Positions 14,150 to 28,100 of a stretch of 64,000 nt of DNA are shown piece by piece. The translations under genes and the position numbers were made by a program. Source of the stretch: Rhizophagus irregularis (taxonomy: Eukaryota); the NCBI RefSeq assembly GCF_026210795.1, contig NC_089429.1:5084001-5148000 (forward strand), in the 5' to 3' direction. The notes beneath the pieces were generated by a model. It did no database searches, was not told the origin of the DNA, and was given only the letters and a program-made list of their open reading frames with translations. Position 1 is the first letter of the stretch. Every line of letters starts with the position of its first letter.

Positions 14150-16850
14150 AATTTATGTATCTAATTTACTATACGTTATTTTCTAACATGTTGGAATTTT
14201 TTCCTATTACTTCGATCGGTACCTTTTTACCTCTTACAATGTTTTTCTTCTTTGTTGACCGATTCTTCTTTTTTTAATCTGTCATTATACCTTGGAGAAT
14301 TTCATTACATTCTTGAACTTTATTGCACACGTTTGTTGGGATAACTTTTCGCCTGATTTCCTAGAAAATTTCTAATGTCGGTTTGTACCATTTCTTGCTT
14401 CCTTTTTCTCTCCTTTTCTTACGATAAGCTTCGACTCTTTCATTTTGTAATTTTGAGTAATTCTTTTCGTTCCGCTTCTTCCTCTAAGAGTAACTAGCTT
14501 CGACTTTACTTACCGTTACCTGAGACTCACTCAACTTTAAGTTTCGTACAGTAATCTGTTAGCTTTTGCTCAATCGGTGCTGTAAGAAATTAAATCGATA
14601 AGCATAAGCATGATAAGATAAATACATTAACAAGGGGGTGAGTGAAAAACAAACCTCTAGAAAACGTATAAACATGATGTGCACCGCCTCATACGCAGGT
14701 AGCTTATTCGCTGAGGCGGGTAATGCAACCTAGTCGATTGTACCAAAACGATATATTCCTGTAGTTCGAGTATCCATGGCGTATAGATTTAACTGTAAAC
14801 CTGAAGATAACATAAAATACATCTTAGCAAGAATTTCTAAGCATACTATAAAAGCAAAACATTTACCAATTACTTGACAACCAAACACTATGACTTTCAT
14901 GTAATTTGTAGGTGCTAAGCCGGGAAAGGTTTTCATCACTCTATTAATCATATCCCTCATGCCGACCATCAACTTTATCAGTCCAAATCTTTTTCGGACA
15001 CCCCGCCGGAAGACCTCCCGAAACTTCGCATATCAAAGCAGGGCCTGTCAGTAATTCGATAATAATGTCGGTTTTTTGCCCGATACGTGCTCGTTCTTTG
15101 TTAGCTTCCTTACGCCTTTCCCGGCTTGCAGTTAATTGTTGTTCGGACCTGAAGATCCAAGAATAGAATGTCACATATGAACATTTGATGACTGATATAC
15201 AAGACAGCAATAAGACGCTTTTTGAAATTACCAGTATTTTCGGAATTTATCTTGATATGGGTCAAGACTCCTGTGTTAAAAGCGGGGCTACAAATCGAAT
15301 CATGAGCTCTCCTTCATTTATAGGTAATTTAGAATGTTCAAAGTACGATTTCAATATTTTGAGATGGGCACTCAATATAATATAGGAAGCGTTTGCTATT
15401 CGATAAAAGAGCACATGTTGGACAAGGAAATTAGTAGATTTTCGAATGACCTAGTTACTAGATCAAAAGCAATAGATAAATGCACGTAAATCTATCATTA
15501 CCTTCATATTATCAAAAACTTCTATTTCAGATCGGTCAAGTTCTATCATATTCCACACTACGTCTAATTGGAAATCGTTTAATAAATCACTCCATATTGT
15601 GATAAGCTTATTTTTTGTCAGTTTGTGCTGCCTAGTCAGACCAAGAATCCCCAATATGGCGGACTTAAAAAAAAACGATATTCGTGAATTTCCATAATAA
15701 GTTTCGCCCACAAAGTCTTTACAAAAAAGCAATACTTGCTGAACCTCGGGATTCTTTCTTGGCAAATTCGAATTTCGAAGAGAATTAAAAACTTTTATAA
15801 TGTCAATGTCATCAATCTCGAAGGAGTCCCAACTATTAACTACCGGAAATTCAGACTTTGGGCGTGGTGGCGTAAGATCATCCTCTCCTCTGATGTAGGT
15901 TAAATCCACATTATCTATTAATTTCTCGAAATACTCGGGATCTTCAATATAATTATGATGAAATATCTCTTGTTCCTTTGAAGGACTTGACGGAACGGAT
16001 ATTTCTTCACATAATCTGAATTGTTATTTTCATGAGTGATATCACAGAAGACAGAGAAAATTTCATTAATTTTTTTCTGCCCGTAATTGTCCTAAGGTAT
16101 TAAAAGAAATACATCGAACATGGGTTATGATCAGAGACTTATCATATTAGAATTCTCAGTCAGAAGACAATTAACAAAGCTGGAATTAAAAATCACAACT
16201 TACCACTTTGTTTCACATTATTAGTTCCGTCGTTTGTGAATGTTGGCTGGTGGATATGAAATTGATTACGCGAACGGTTAGAGTCCCACTTTCTTGCTAA
16301 CGCGCGATCGGGTCGAGTATCCTAGCAACAGAAGATTTAAAAAATGACTAATACTGTATTTCATTTCAACACATCTCAATTTTTCATCCAATTTCCCTAT
16401 CTCACCAGAATGTCAGATAAGCTTAGAGGTTATCTGCACTCAAAGTGGGGTAGTAACAGTTCGGCTTAGAGGCTTGAAAATCAGATAAGCTTAGAGGTTA
16501 TCCGTGCACCAGTACTACTTCGTGACTTGAATGACAGAGGAGCTTAGAGGTCCTTGCCACGCCACAGATTCTTAATTTACATTTTAACAAAAAAATTACT
16601 TATCTTCTTATATTGATTGTACAGCTGTTGTGATTTGTCACGCCTTTCGCCCTTCTCAGTACTTATGATGTTTTCAAGAGACGTGAGGTATTGCCCTATC
16701 TTATTTCTGAGCGGTTCTATAGTACACTCGTTTAAGAACCCATAATGCTCCACTCGGAGTAAGTTCGATCGAAATATTCGTGGTTCACGTATTCTGACTT
16801 GAGTTAAATATCTCACGGAAGTTGAATCAAAGTCGCGTTGAAACTTGTCG
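14150..16850 (-). pseudogene. Crinkler-like / restriction-endonuclease-fold protein pseudogene
   Basis: Fragments KTDIII...ICEVSGG...KKIWTDK...GMRDMINRV...VFGCQVIG...LNLYAMD resemble the REase-like C-terminal domains of fungal CRN-type proteins; N-terminal fragment at 16577-16816; frameshifts and introns. Confidence 0.55.
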
Positions 16851-18819
16851 CGTTGAAACTTTATACAAAATTCTAAGCCACAAATTATCTTAATGTGCTA
16901 TTGTAACCAATTTCCATATAAGAGGTAGATCATATCGATTAGCGATCACATGGTCGTGTAAATAATATGTTACAACCGAGTTCTCGGAATACGCTTTTAA
17001 AAACTTTAATTATTTCTCAGTTACTGTACATCTGTACATATCGAATCGGTGAATTAAGAGACCTTTAGCATCTATGGACTCGAAGGCACCTTTAGCATCC
17101 ATTACAAATTTACAAAAATAATTTTAATTGATAAATCTAATTTGTGGGCAAGGTAAACGGAATAATTTTTTTAATGATCGTTGTTCCTGAAAGTCCAATA
17201 CAAATAATATTTGACGATTCAGAATCAAATGATAGACTAAAAGGTTGTAGAAAAATTTTAAAAATAAACAAAAATTAAAATTGATCACAGATTTAACCTT
17301 GATTCTCTGTGAAATAATTCTCTGTGAAATATATTAATTATTTTTCTTTGTAATGTTACGCGAGTCTGCCAAAAAAAAGATTCAACCCTCAAATCACAAT
17401 AGACAAATTTTTTTTGAATCCCTTTTTAGATAAAAAGGAGACCAACCGTGGCTCGGTAGCTCGATATTAAATTTTTTTATATTGCTTATATAATTGAATA
17501 CTAGGTTTTCGTAAGCTTTTATTTTAATGTAAATACTCTTAAAGGCTTTAATTTCACTATTTCAATAATAAAATGATAACTGAATGTAAAATCAAAATGG
17601 TGAATAAATACGGTAAGTTAACTGTGAATCATTAGACTTGACTAGTCAAAAGCGAATGTTAACTAGTTAAACAATCAAAATTTTCCGTTTATTATTTATT
17701 GGTCTGAAACTCAAAACACAAATCCATTTAATGAACTTGCTAGATAAGTAATTGGCGCATCCACGAATTACTAACCTAATCGCGTGATATTGATGTCTAA
17801 ACGGGATATATATTTTTAATATTTTTTTTTTATACCACTTAGTGAATGCATTTTTTGACTTTTTATGCGGATTTGAATTATTGTTTTTCATTATTAGATG
17901 CCATGCAACCTATGCTGAAGATTGGGAAATTTCACTACATTCATTTGATTAATATCGAATCTTTTTTTTTTTTGATCACTATCTCAACATTTTTCGATAC
18001 TCTAAATATGTGCCTTCAATTAGTTCTTCTCTGATATGGCTAATGTGAAAATGTAACCTATTTCGTTCTACCATTCTACTATATTTTTTGAGATGTCATG
18101 ATAATTTCTATAATAAACTCAAATTAAAGAATTATAAAAATATCGATCAGTAAAATCCGCATATTCCTAATTGACTGAACAATAAATAACAAACATTATA
18201 AGTAAAATATTATAAGTAAAACATCATAAATTAATTTACTGTACCAAGTTTTTATCGAAGTTTAAATGTCTTAATCCACAAGTAAAGTTTGAAATTGTAA
18301 AGTTATTCAAAAATCCACAGCCTTGCTGATTTTAACGACGTTACTGAGTTGTTTTGACTAAATAAAGAATAAATCATATTTAATGTTGTTTTTTTACGTC
18401 ATTTTTATATTTTTATCACTTTTCAGATTTATTTTATCATATCACATGTGTCAAATTTTCTATTGATTTTTTAATTTACTCCAAAAAATACTTGTTTCTG
18501 ATTTTTAAGTAAATATTTATAAGTAACTCTTTAAAATAAATAGATGATGTTGTAAGTTAAAATTAACCATTAGATATATTTCTATTTTCAGTCACACTTC
18601 TATATTTGATAATACAGTATGTCTGGTTCATTCGCCGCTATTACTTTTGCTATCAAAATAAAGAGTATCGGTCAAATATTTACGCTATATAATTTATAAC
18701 ATTATCCGGGAATGTTCGTAACACCATTGTATTGACTGATATGCATAATACTTGGAAACGGGAGCTATTTTCGATTCCTTACATCTGTTCACTTAAAATT
18801 GTATCAATTGCGAAAAACT

Positions 18820-19640
18820 GTACTGGAATCGAAACCGCATCTAAAGTAGAAGTATTATTTGCAAATTTTTTACCACATATAGAAAAAGTGAACGAAATTT
18901 GTAAGACAGCTCAATATAATAAAAAGGCATGTGAAGCAATATATAGAGAGTAAAAATAGCCAAGACAGCTTTAAATAATTTAAAAATTTGAGATTCAGAA
19001 TTTTTCACAATAGGTAATTTTAGATATTAGTTAGGGTTATCGATGAAGTTCATCAATAGTATCGTTTATTCCAATGATGCTCAATATTAGGAGTGGATTA
19101 AAAAAAATTAGATGATGAAGACATTCATTATTTTGAATATAGCGAATTTAATGACATCGAAGAAATTGACAAAGGAGGATTTGGTATTATAAAGAGCGCG
19201 TTAACTAATGATGGAATTGAAAGTTGCACTTAAAGGCTTTATCGGCGGAAAGAAAGCTTCAAAAATCGAAGAGAGTGATATTAAAAAGCTTATAAATGAG
19301 GTTAGAAATTTGATTTAGCGTAAGGGGTGACGTACTATGTAGTATTAAATTTGACATATTATACCCATCGTCCTACACTCAGATAAAGCTTGTTCGTATG
19401 GTTGATTTTTACCAAAATGGCAAGAGTTTTTCTAGGAATAGCAAAAGGTATGTGTCAAAATTTTTTTAAATAATTTAATAGCTTAATTACATTAATTGTA
19501 TAGATGATATTGGAAATTATATTATTATATTATGGTATTAGAATAGTATGCTAATGGAGGAAATATAAGAGATTATTTTAAAAAAAAATTGATTCATTAA
19601 TAAGATGGAAGGATAAAATTCTTATGACATTGGATATTTT
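18820..19640 (+). pseudogene. Decayed MLKL-NTD-like + TKL kinase gene, 5' half
   Basis: EICKTAQYNKKACEAI; FEYSEFNDIEEIDKGGFG; KVALK; homologous to 12205-13400; truncated near 19640. Confidence 0.7.
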
Positions 19641-19695
19641 GTTTGAATTATTGTTTCTTATTTTCATCAATTAAGACGTTTCAAATGATATAGAA

Positions 19696-20063
19696 CATCT
19701 TTACTAAAACCCTAAAATTTCAAACAATATCGTTAAGATCATCTTAACGATCCCATTTTGATATTGTAAAATATCAAAACGATATCAAACAATTTCACTA
19801 CAATCTCATCATGATATCACTTATCGTTACGATATAAATGTAATATTGTAACGACATTGTTTTGATATCTCATAACAAATATCAAAACAAGGTCGTTAAG
19901 ATAGACTTAACGATATCGTTAACAATATCACTACGATATAATTTCGATATTGTTAAGATATTATTCAATATCATTTTGATATTGTATAATAGCTATATTG
20001 TGACGATATTATAATGATATCAAAATGATATTATTTTGATATTGAAAGATTTCTGTAAAGATG
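19696..20063. mobile_element. Small non-autonomous CAT-terminated TIR element with internal (AA)CGATAT-type repeats, CACTA/Plavaka-like
   Basis: Termini catctttactaaaa / tttctgtaaagatg; interior packed with gatat/aatatc motifs; no clean TSD. Confidence 0.45.
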
Positions 20064-21409
20064 TAAGATGATCGTAAGATGATCAATAGACAAAAATATT
20101 AAATCTATGCTTTCTTAAAGTTAAAAACTGGGAAAAATATCGATTTTATCTATACTTTTATTGCAGCAATTAGTAACTGTATAATTGGACTTACGTAAAA
20201 GCAAAAAATTCATAAGCAGTTGAGAAAGATTCAAGGATGGTAGAAGTTATAGCAGTTTGTTGATTTTTATACCGTTTTAAATACTGGTAGTTTAAACAGA
20301 ATTTTAAACATCCCATTTTTAAAACTAAGTTTTACAAAAACTTAGTTTAAACTGAGATAGATGATCGGTTCAGTTTTTCAAACTTTCGTGATCCCTAATT
20401 TTTTATCGACGAGAAACATTCAGTACAATTTGGTTTCTACCAGTAGTTAGTCAAAATATTATCAGTGTCTTCATTTTCTTTTAACATCGCTAAATTCACA
20501 GCATTAAATTTTTTTTAATTCATTTTCTAATTTTTTGACTTTCTTTATTAGAATTATAATTTTCGCCAAAGTATTTGCATTGAGAGTCATAATACTATAA
20601 CTTTTGCTGAAGATACGAGATATTTAACATATTTACCAAGTAAATTTATTAATATCGGATGTTTTCGGCATATTAATTGCTAGATTATTATTTCATAATG
20701 AGTTCCAGGGTGATTATTTTCGGTGTGTTTAATAACAGGAAATTTACGGTACTTTTCTTTACAGAAACCCAGTGTTTTGCAACCTAGAAGTTATGGGTTC
20801 GTCGCCCAATATTTTTGAATTCGTATCTATCTTGTGATGACATTTTTTGCTAAGTTTTCTATAATATTTCGATAAAGTTTTGACAGAAGCTAGTCTTGAA
20901 ATAGTGGCGAGCTCGAATAATAATCTTTAAAAGATAGCAAATGACATTGAATAAATTAATTGAGACATTTGTGCGACGTATTTGCGAGTATACAATGATT
21001 GACTAAATTATTTCTTAAGATGTTGAAAATATTTTTTTTTTTGTTTTGTATTTATAGTTTTTTATTTTATTTTTTTTTGAAGTGTTAAAAATTCGTGAAA
21101 TTAGATGAAATACTTTAAATTTTCTAAAGTATTTTGGTCTTGTAGGATATCATACAATATTAATTTATTAACATGTACAGTACATTTAATAAATTGTAGT
21201 AAAATTTAACTGTAAAATATAATGTAAATTTAATTATAATGTTCCTCTTGTTATAATTGGATAGCCGCGGATTTTTAAGCGATCAACGTACTAAAATTTC
21301 CGTTGACATCGCACCCCTGGTGACACAACTATAACAAGGTGGGAACCTGATTTGGACAATGGTATCACCTGATTGATCCGTACTCACCTGGAAATTTGGG
21401 TGTTACGAT

Positions 21410-21604
21410 AACATGTAGTGTATGGATAACTATGTATGTAGGGTATGCAAAATTTCACGCGCGTTCCATACAGATCTACATTGTTTATTGCCAAATAAGG
21501 AAAGGCCTAGACCGTTCTATTCTGTACCACGTATGGTCACGTGATACTTTTATATGTGATGTTTAACCATACCTACATACATAGCCAACCATACACTACA
21601 TGTT
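21410..21604. repeat. MITE-like inverted repeat with arms of about 37 bp
   Basis: aacatgtagtgtatggataactatgtatgtagggtatg (21410-21447) versus reverse complement of 21568-21604. Confidence 0.65.
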
Positions 21605-21639
21605 TACTATGCTCTCCTGGAATTTCAACTTTCAAGTAA

Positions 21640-21790
21640 GAAAAAGTAGAAAACTTGCACTTACCAAAATTTCACATCCGAGGAAACCTAAAGAGCCACC
21701 TAAAAAATGTAAAATGTTAATAATAATGTTCGTTTAAAGAAGGTAAAATAATAAAAAAAAATTGCACATACCAAAATCTTGCGTCAAAAA
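21640..21790 (-). other. Minus-strand fragment of a micro-exon array related to array 1
   Basis: Reverse complement reads gacgcaagattttg|gtatgt...tttttag|gtggctctttagg...ttttg|gtaagt and shares ttttaggtggctctt with about 9190. Confidence 0.45.
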
Positions 21791-22769
21791 ATTTTTTGAA
21801 ATTTTGAAACTATAAAGTTGAAACTCAAAGCTTAAACTTCTCAGAAAAAAGGTTTAGATAGTTCAGTTCGATTGAGAAAAAATTAAAAAAAATTTAGAAG
21901 TTTTGATAGTTTGATCAAAACTTTTAAAAGAAAATTAAAAAAAAATAATTAAAAAGTTCCGACTTTGATCAAAACCTTTAAAAGAGTTTTAACTCAAAAT
22001 TTAAAAGTCTAAATTCATCCATCACTGTGACACAACTGACACATGATGTATAATATTTTTTAACTTAATTATTATATTTTAAATAATAAAAGTATAGTAA
22101 GCGATAAAAATTAATAGTAAAATTTATTGTCAGTAAAATCAATAGCGATAAAATTATAATAATAAAACTCTGTAAAATTGTAATTAATAAAATTTTACAA
22201 TTAATTTAATTTATGTATCAAATTAGATGTGTATTTAAATAAATTTAAGCTATTTTATTTAATTAAACGCATATTTAATTTAAGCTATTTAATTTAATTC
22301 AAGTATTAAATTTAGCTATTTTTATTTAAGTATTAAATTAAACGCGTATAACGCGTATTTAAATTTAAGCTATTAATTTAAACTATTTTAAGTATTAAAT
22401 TAGACATGTATTTAAGTATTTAAATTAAAAGAAAAATTAAAATAATTAAATATAAAAATACAAGATCGTAAAGTTTATTTCCTAAAGTTAATCTACTTTA
22501 AATAATTTTTATTTTCCACACCTAACTGATGTGTAATCTGGTACAAAATGTTTTAAAATCATAAGAAACCGCTACAATACCTTTAACATACAATCCCATC
22601 ATATATCGAATGAAGAGTTACTAAAATAGACGAAGAACCATACATTAGTTGAAATTATTTCTCTCGTCATGACTTTTCAATCAATTTGTCATATATATCA
22701 AGTAAATCACGTGATATTATATTGTTAATAATTGAATATGATCATGATCAATTAAACTTTTTTTAACTA

Positions 22770-24070
22770 CTCTTTCCTACACTTTCGTCCTCTTCCATTT
22801 TTACACTTTTGTCTTCCCCTTTCCCAATCTTTTTCCTCTTCTCTTTTTTTATATTTTTTAGACGGCTTCTCAGTTCTTTGGATATGGATTCTAGTAAGTA
22901 TTGTAATTTTTTTATTTTCTTTATTTTGGTTATTATTTTGTTGCATTATTCATATATTCTATAAATATAATATGACATTTTTTTATTTCATTCATGCAAA
23001 AAAAAAGAAAAGTTACACTTTATCTTTTAAAAAACGGCTACTACGGTTGGTTCTTTGGCTTTTGGAGGCATGAGAACTTTGGTGAGAAGGGTTTCTTTAA
23101 TTTTTTTCAAACTTATCTTAATAAAACATTTTGCTAATATTTTTGTCATTTTTTTCATATGTCATTTCAAAGGGACTTAATTCGAAGGTAATATCAAAAA
23201 TTATTCCTTTTTTGATTTTTATGTAACAAAACATCAACTAACATTTTGTGTTTTGCATTTTGTAGCTTAGACGGCTTTAGACAGATGTGGATTTCGGTAA
23301 GTGATTTTTTTTTCTAACACTATTTTTTTTAATTAATGTTTCATTCTTTCATTTTTTTAGATGGTTAGTTCTTCAGGACGTGCGATTTATGTAAGGAATC
23401 AAATATCTTTTTTTAACAATAATTTATTTCTTCAATGAAATGTTTACTAATGTTTCATTATTTTATTTATTTTTTTTAGAGATCCAGTTGGTAAGTTTAC
23501 GAATTTCTAACTTTTTTAGGAATCTTACCCAATTTTTGGATTATGGAACTGAATCGTAAATTTTTAGATACAATTCGAAACTTAAAAAAGTATTTATTTT
23601 TTTAAAAAAAAGAGAAATTTTCGAAAATTAAAAAATATAAAAAAAGAAGCATTTTATTAACGTTTCCCCATTTACTTTTCATAGGATTCAGTCACGATAA
23701 TTAGAATGCTGAGTTTCGTATGTATTATTGCGAAACTTATTTTTAATATTTTTTAAAAGAAAAGTTTTGTAGGACTTCGGTCGATCCAGCCCATAGAGAA
23801 GTTTTGAAGGTAATGTTACTTTCAGTATTTTTTTTTTTAAGGGAACAGGTTTACTAACTGTTTCCTTCTTTTTTTGCTTGAATTAGCTATCCCGGGCATG
23901 GATTGGTGGATGGTAAGTTTCGAAGTGTCTTTCTTTGGAACTTTATTTATTTTTTTATTAAAGAATCGGTTTACTAACCGTTTCTTTATTTTTTTTGTAG
24001 GTTTCCCTTTGGACTTTTATTGGATAGGCGGTAAGTTTCAAAGTTTTAACTTCAAAACTTTAATTTTTTT
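22770..24070 (+). other. Micro-exon/hairpin-branchpoint intron array 2 (about 11 units)
   Basis: CT-rich leader, then GTAAG/GTGAG donors and poly(T)-AG acceptors; hairpins aatgaaatgtt-TACT-aatgtttcatt (about 23434), ggaacaggtt-TACT-aactgtttcc (about 23842) and aagaatcggtt-TACT-aaccgtttctt (about 23961). Confidence 0.65.
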
Positions 24071-25181
24071 ATTAAAGAATCAAAGTTGTTACCATAGTTA
24101 CCGACTGTGCTGGGATGCCCTGTGTTCAAGCTCCGGTCTGCAAATAGACAACAACATGTCTTTCCTATAAGCGTGATCCATACAAGTACTACGCATTTTA
24201 TTCATTATTGTAATGGGAATGAATGCATCAATTATCACGAACTGTTTAAATATATATTTTACTCTATTTATTTATGAATGTATTGATTTTACAATTGGTA
24301 ATTAATTTAATAATAAATTATTATATCTAATATTCAGTTTATACATGAATACCATTTCATTACAATGTATTATATATGCGATTGATATTTATTACAAATG
24401 CTGTTATAATATAATTAAGATTTATTTTATATGCGCCTACAATGTGGTTATGACATCGTTAAGAAAACACTACAATTTATTAACGATTTATTGAAGTCTT
24501 TATTATATAATCTGTCATGATGATTAACGGTTTGTTAAATAATTAGTTTTGATGATGCTATGATATATTATATAAGCTGCTATTGATGATATTGATGATA
24601 TTGCGATTTATTGACGATTTGTGAATATCGCCTTAATATCTAGTAACTAAATCTATGACGAAGCCATGACTAACTCAAGTCTAACACATGACTAACATGT
24701 GAATAACTCTTATTCTGATTGTTCACAGGTTGGCCATGGCTTGGTCACGACTTCGTCTTGGTTTTACATGTTTCTGTAAAAGTTATTATGTCTCGACAAT
24801 TTCTGATGCATTTCTTGAATATATCAAATGTTCAAATTATTGTTGATTTTTCCGCTTTTCTGATCCGATTATATTATTCACATATGATTATTGAAGAAAA
24901 TTAAAGATATTATCACTGATAAAAAAAATTTTTTCTTAGGCGTTAGTCTTACACAATTATATGTAAAAATAAATATATTGCGGTTAGTTATAACGCGTCT
25001 TTTAGTCTTCTCTTTAATTTTTATTTTTGAATTTATATTTAGTTTATTTAAAGACCAAAAGAGGAAAGAAAAATCATAAATTTTATTTATTTTTACTCTA
25101 TATATAATGATAATAATAAGTATAGTAAATGATAAGTAGCTAGAAATACAGATGCAAAAAAAGTTTTTAAGTTTAACATAT

Positions 25182-28100
25182 TCAAAAAAGACTTATCTCC
25201 TTTTCTTCTAGAAATTTAATTGCCCTAGCGTAATTATGTAAAGCAGCCAATCTTAACCATTTAATTCCTTTATTTTCGTCTTTTGGAATATTCAATATTC
25301 CATTATAATATAAATCACCCAAATTGTATTGTGCAACACAATTATCTCCTTCGGCAGCTTTAGTGATATAATTCATAAATATATTTCGGTTATCACCTTC
25401 ATCATAAACATTTATTAAAGTAAAAGCATAACGTAACTGAGCATCTGAATTTCCTTCGTCAGCAGCTATTTTAAGTAATTCTTTACCTTCTTCACGTCCT
25501 TTTATACCATCATGAGTTCCTTCCCACAAATAACGACCTTTCCAATATTTTGCTATTGTGTTACCATTTTCTGCATGATATTCAAAACATTTCCATGCTT
25601 TTTGATGGTCACCTACTCTAAAAGCTAATATACCTTCATCTAATGAAATTATTGGAATTATTGGACTAACATTTTCATCTGGTAATACTAAATCATCATT
25701 TGATCCATTTAAATATAATGTATTTTTATTGAGTAAAGCTGGCATATTCTCATCAAACATATGACTAATGGAATTATATAGCTCTTCTAGCATGTTCAAT
25801 GTTTTCAAAAAAGAAATACGTTCTTGTGGATTATTCTTCCAAGCTAAATGTATAAAATAATTGATGAAAGTATTTTCGTTATTAATATTATTATATATTA
25901 TAGGATTGCTTATGAAAAATAATACTTACTGTCATTTATAATTTTTTTATAATCTTCTTGGAGTTTAGAAATTTCGGGAGTAGAATTTCCAAATTTAATT
26001 GCTTCTCTACCACCTTTAATCACAAAGTCCTTAATTTCGTCTACTTTCAAACTTCTGTATGGAATTTTTTCAAAAGCAAGTTCCCAAAGTAGAACACCAA
26101 AACTAAAAATTTCACATGATGTCGTATATATTGACTTATAATTGATTAATTTTTCGGGAGCTAACCAACGCACAACGTTATTACTAATTACTTCATTCGA
26201 CAATGTAGTATCGGTACTATAATCCACTAAGCGAAAATTATAAATTTTAGGTTCTAGACTTTCAGACATTAAGATATTTTCACATCTAAGATCACGATGT
26301 AAAATTTCAACTTTTTGTAAAAATATGAGCCCACGACAAATTTTAAGAGCAATTTGGACTTTATAATGCCATTGAATAGCCTTTTTTTCGTATAACTCTT
26401 TCAAAGTTCCACAATGAGCCCATTCGAAAACTAGAGCATTAATATCGTCAATTTTTGATACACCATAAAACCTAAGAATATGATTAGATTCAGATAATTT
26501 CATTAAAATTTCAAGATGCTCTTGCACACTTGTATTTATTTTCATTTCTTCTTCGGTCATAGAAGTTAACTTACATGCTACCTCTTGTCCCCAATAAATT
26601 CTTTTCACTACATAATTAGGATGTTTTCCACGTTTGTCATCAGATTTTCCTCGTAAAGGGAGTTCTAGATATTTTGAATCAATTTTAATTGCGTCACGAA
26701 ATGTTTCATATTCTTCATTATCAACTCTCACAGCAAAATGTAAATCTTTCATTGCATTATCATATTTTTCCGTAAGTTTTATAAATTTTTCTTTAACAGA
26801 AATTGCTTTTACATATTTTCTAAAACCGTGATATTTTGAAATTTCCTTAGTATATTTTTCAATTTCTTCTAAAACATAAATAAATTTATAAAAAGCATTA
26901 TAATATGATTCATTACGTAATTCCTTTTCCTTTTCTTTTTTTCTAACTTTTAATAACTCCATAGGAACACGAGCTATTTCCACTCGTTCTGCTAGAGCAT
27001 TGCAGATTTTTTTGTTATATTCTGCTTCTTCACGAATTTCTACTATATTCTTAATTATGTTTGTAGCCATTTGAATTAAAGGATTATATAGAATCATAAC
27101 ATCGTCTACAGTAGTTAATCTAACAAATAAAAGATTTGCTTTTCTATATTTTTCTGCTTCTTCAAATTGCTTTTTAATGTCGTGATGTATTTCCATAGTT
27201 TCTTTAATATCTGATTCATTATCCAAATATGAATAAAAAAATAAGTTAATCGATTCTTCTATTTCACTAACATTCGGTCTATTTTCTGGATTTTGATCCA
27301 AACACTTTTCCATTAAGTCAATATAACATTTTGGAGCTTCTTGTTCATTAATTTCTTTTTGTTTAATTTCATCACTAGGGTAATTTCCAGTTACCATAAA
27401 ATACATAATCATACCGAAGCTATATATATCTGTTGCTTGAGTATAAGAATTTCCACTTAATACTTCAGGAGCAGTATAATGTATATCTCCATAAACTTTA
27501 GTCTCATTAATATTCCCAAATTCTCCACATAATTTCATATCTAAAATAGTTATATTGAAATCATTATCATTTATATTATTTGTTGAAATTAACAAATTTC
27601 TTGTATGAAAATCACGAAGAACCATCTTCTTTTGATGAATTTCTTTAAGACCTTGAATAATATAAAATAATAGGCGTATTTTGATTGACCAATTAAAATT
27701 GTTAAAATTGTTATATGCCCAATCATTAAAATTTTCACCTTCTGCATTTTCAAGAACCACAATATAGTCTTTTGTATCAGGATCTTGAGATATTCCATAT
27801 ATATTAAGAATGAAATTAGAATTAAATATTAAGTGCATTTTAACCTATTAATGTATTAAATTATTATTATTATTATTTATTATTATTTCAAAAAAAAGGT
27901 ATTTAAAATTCATAGAAATTTCATACCTCATTTAAAAATTTATTAGTATCATCATCTGGTAAATTATGATAATACTTTAAATAGACGGTAATATTGGATT
28001 TTCTTACCCTTTTATGAAAATAATGTAATGGACCATCTTTCCATATTGCTGAAAACATTGTAGCAAAATCACTTTTGTTTATTTCTTTAATATCATAAAA

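Noticed and set aside
22200..22450. AT-rich quasi-palindromic repeats (atttaagctatt, aagtattaaatt)
   Set aside because: Low complexity with no definable termini or function
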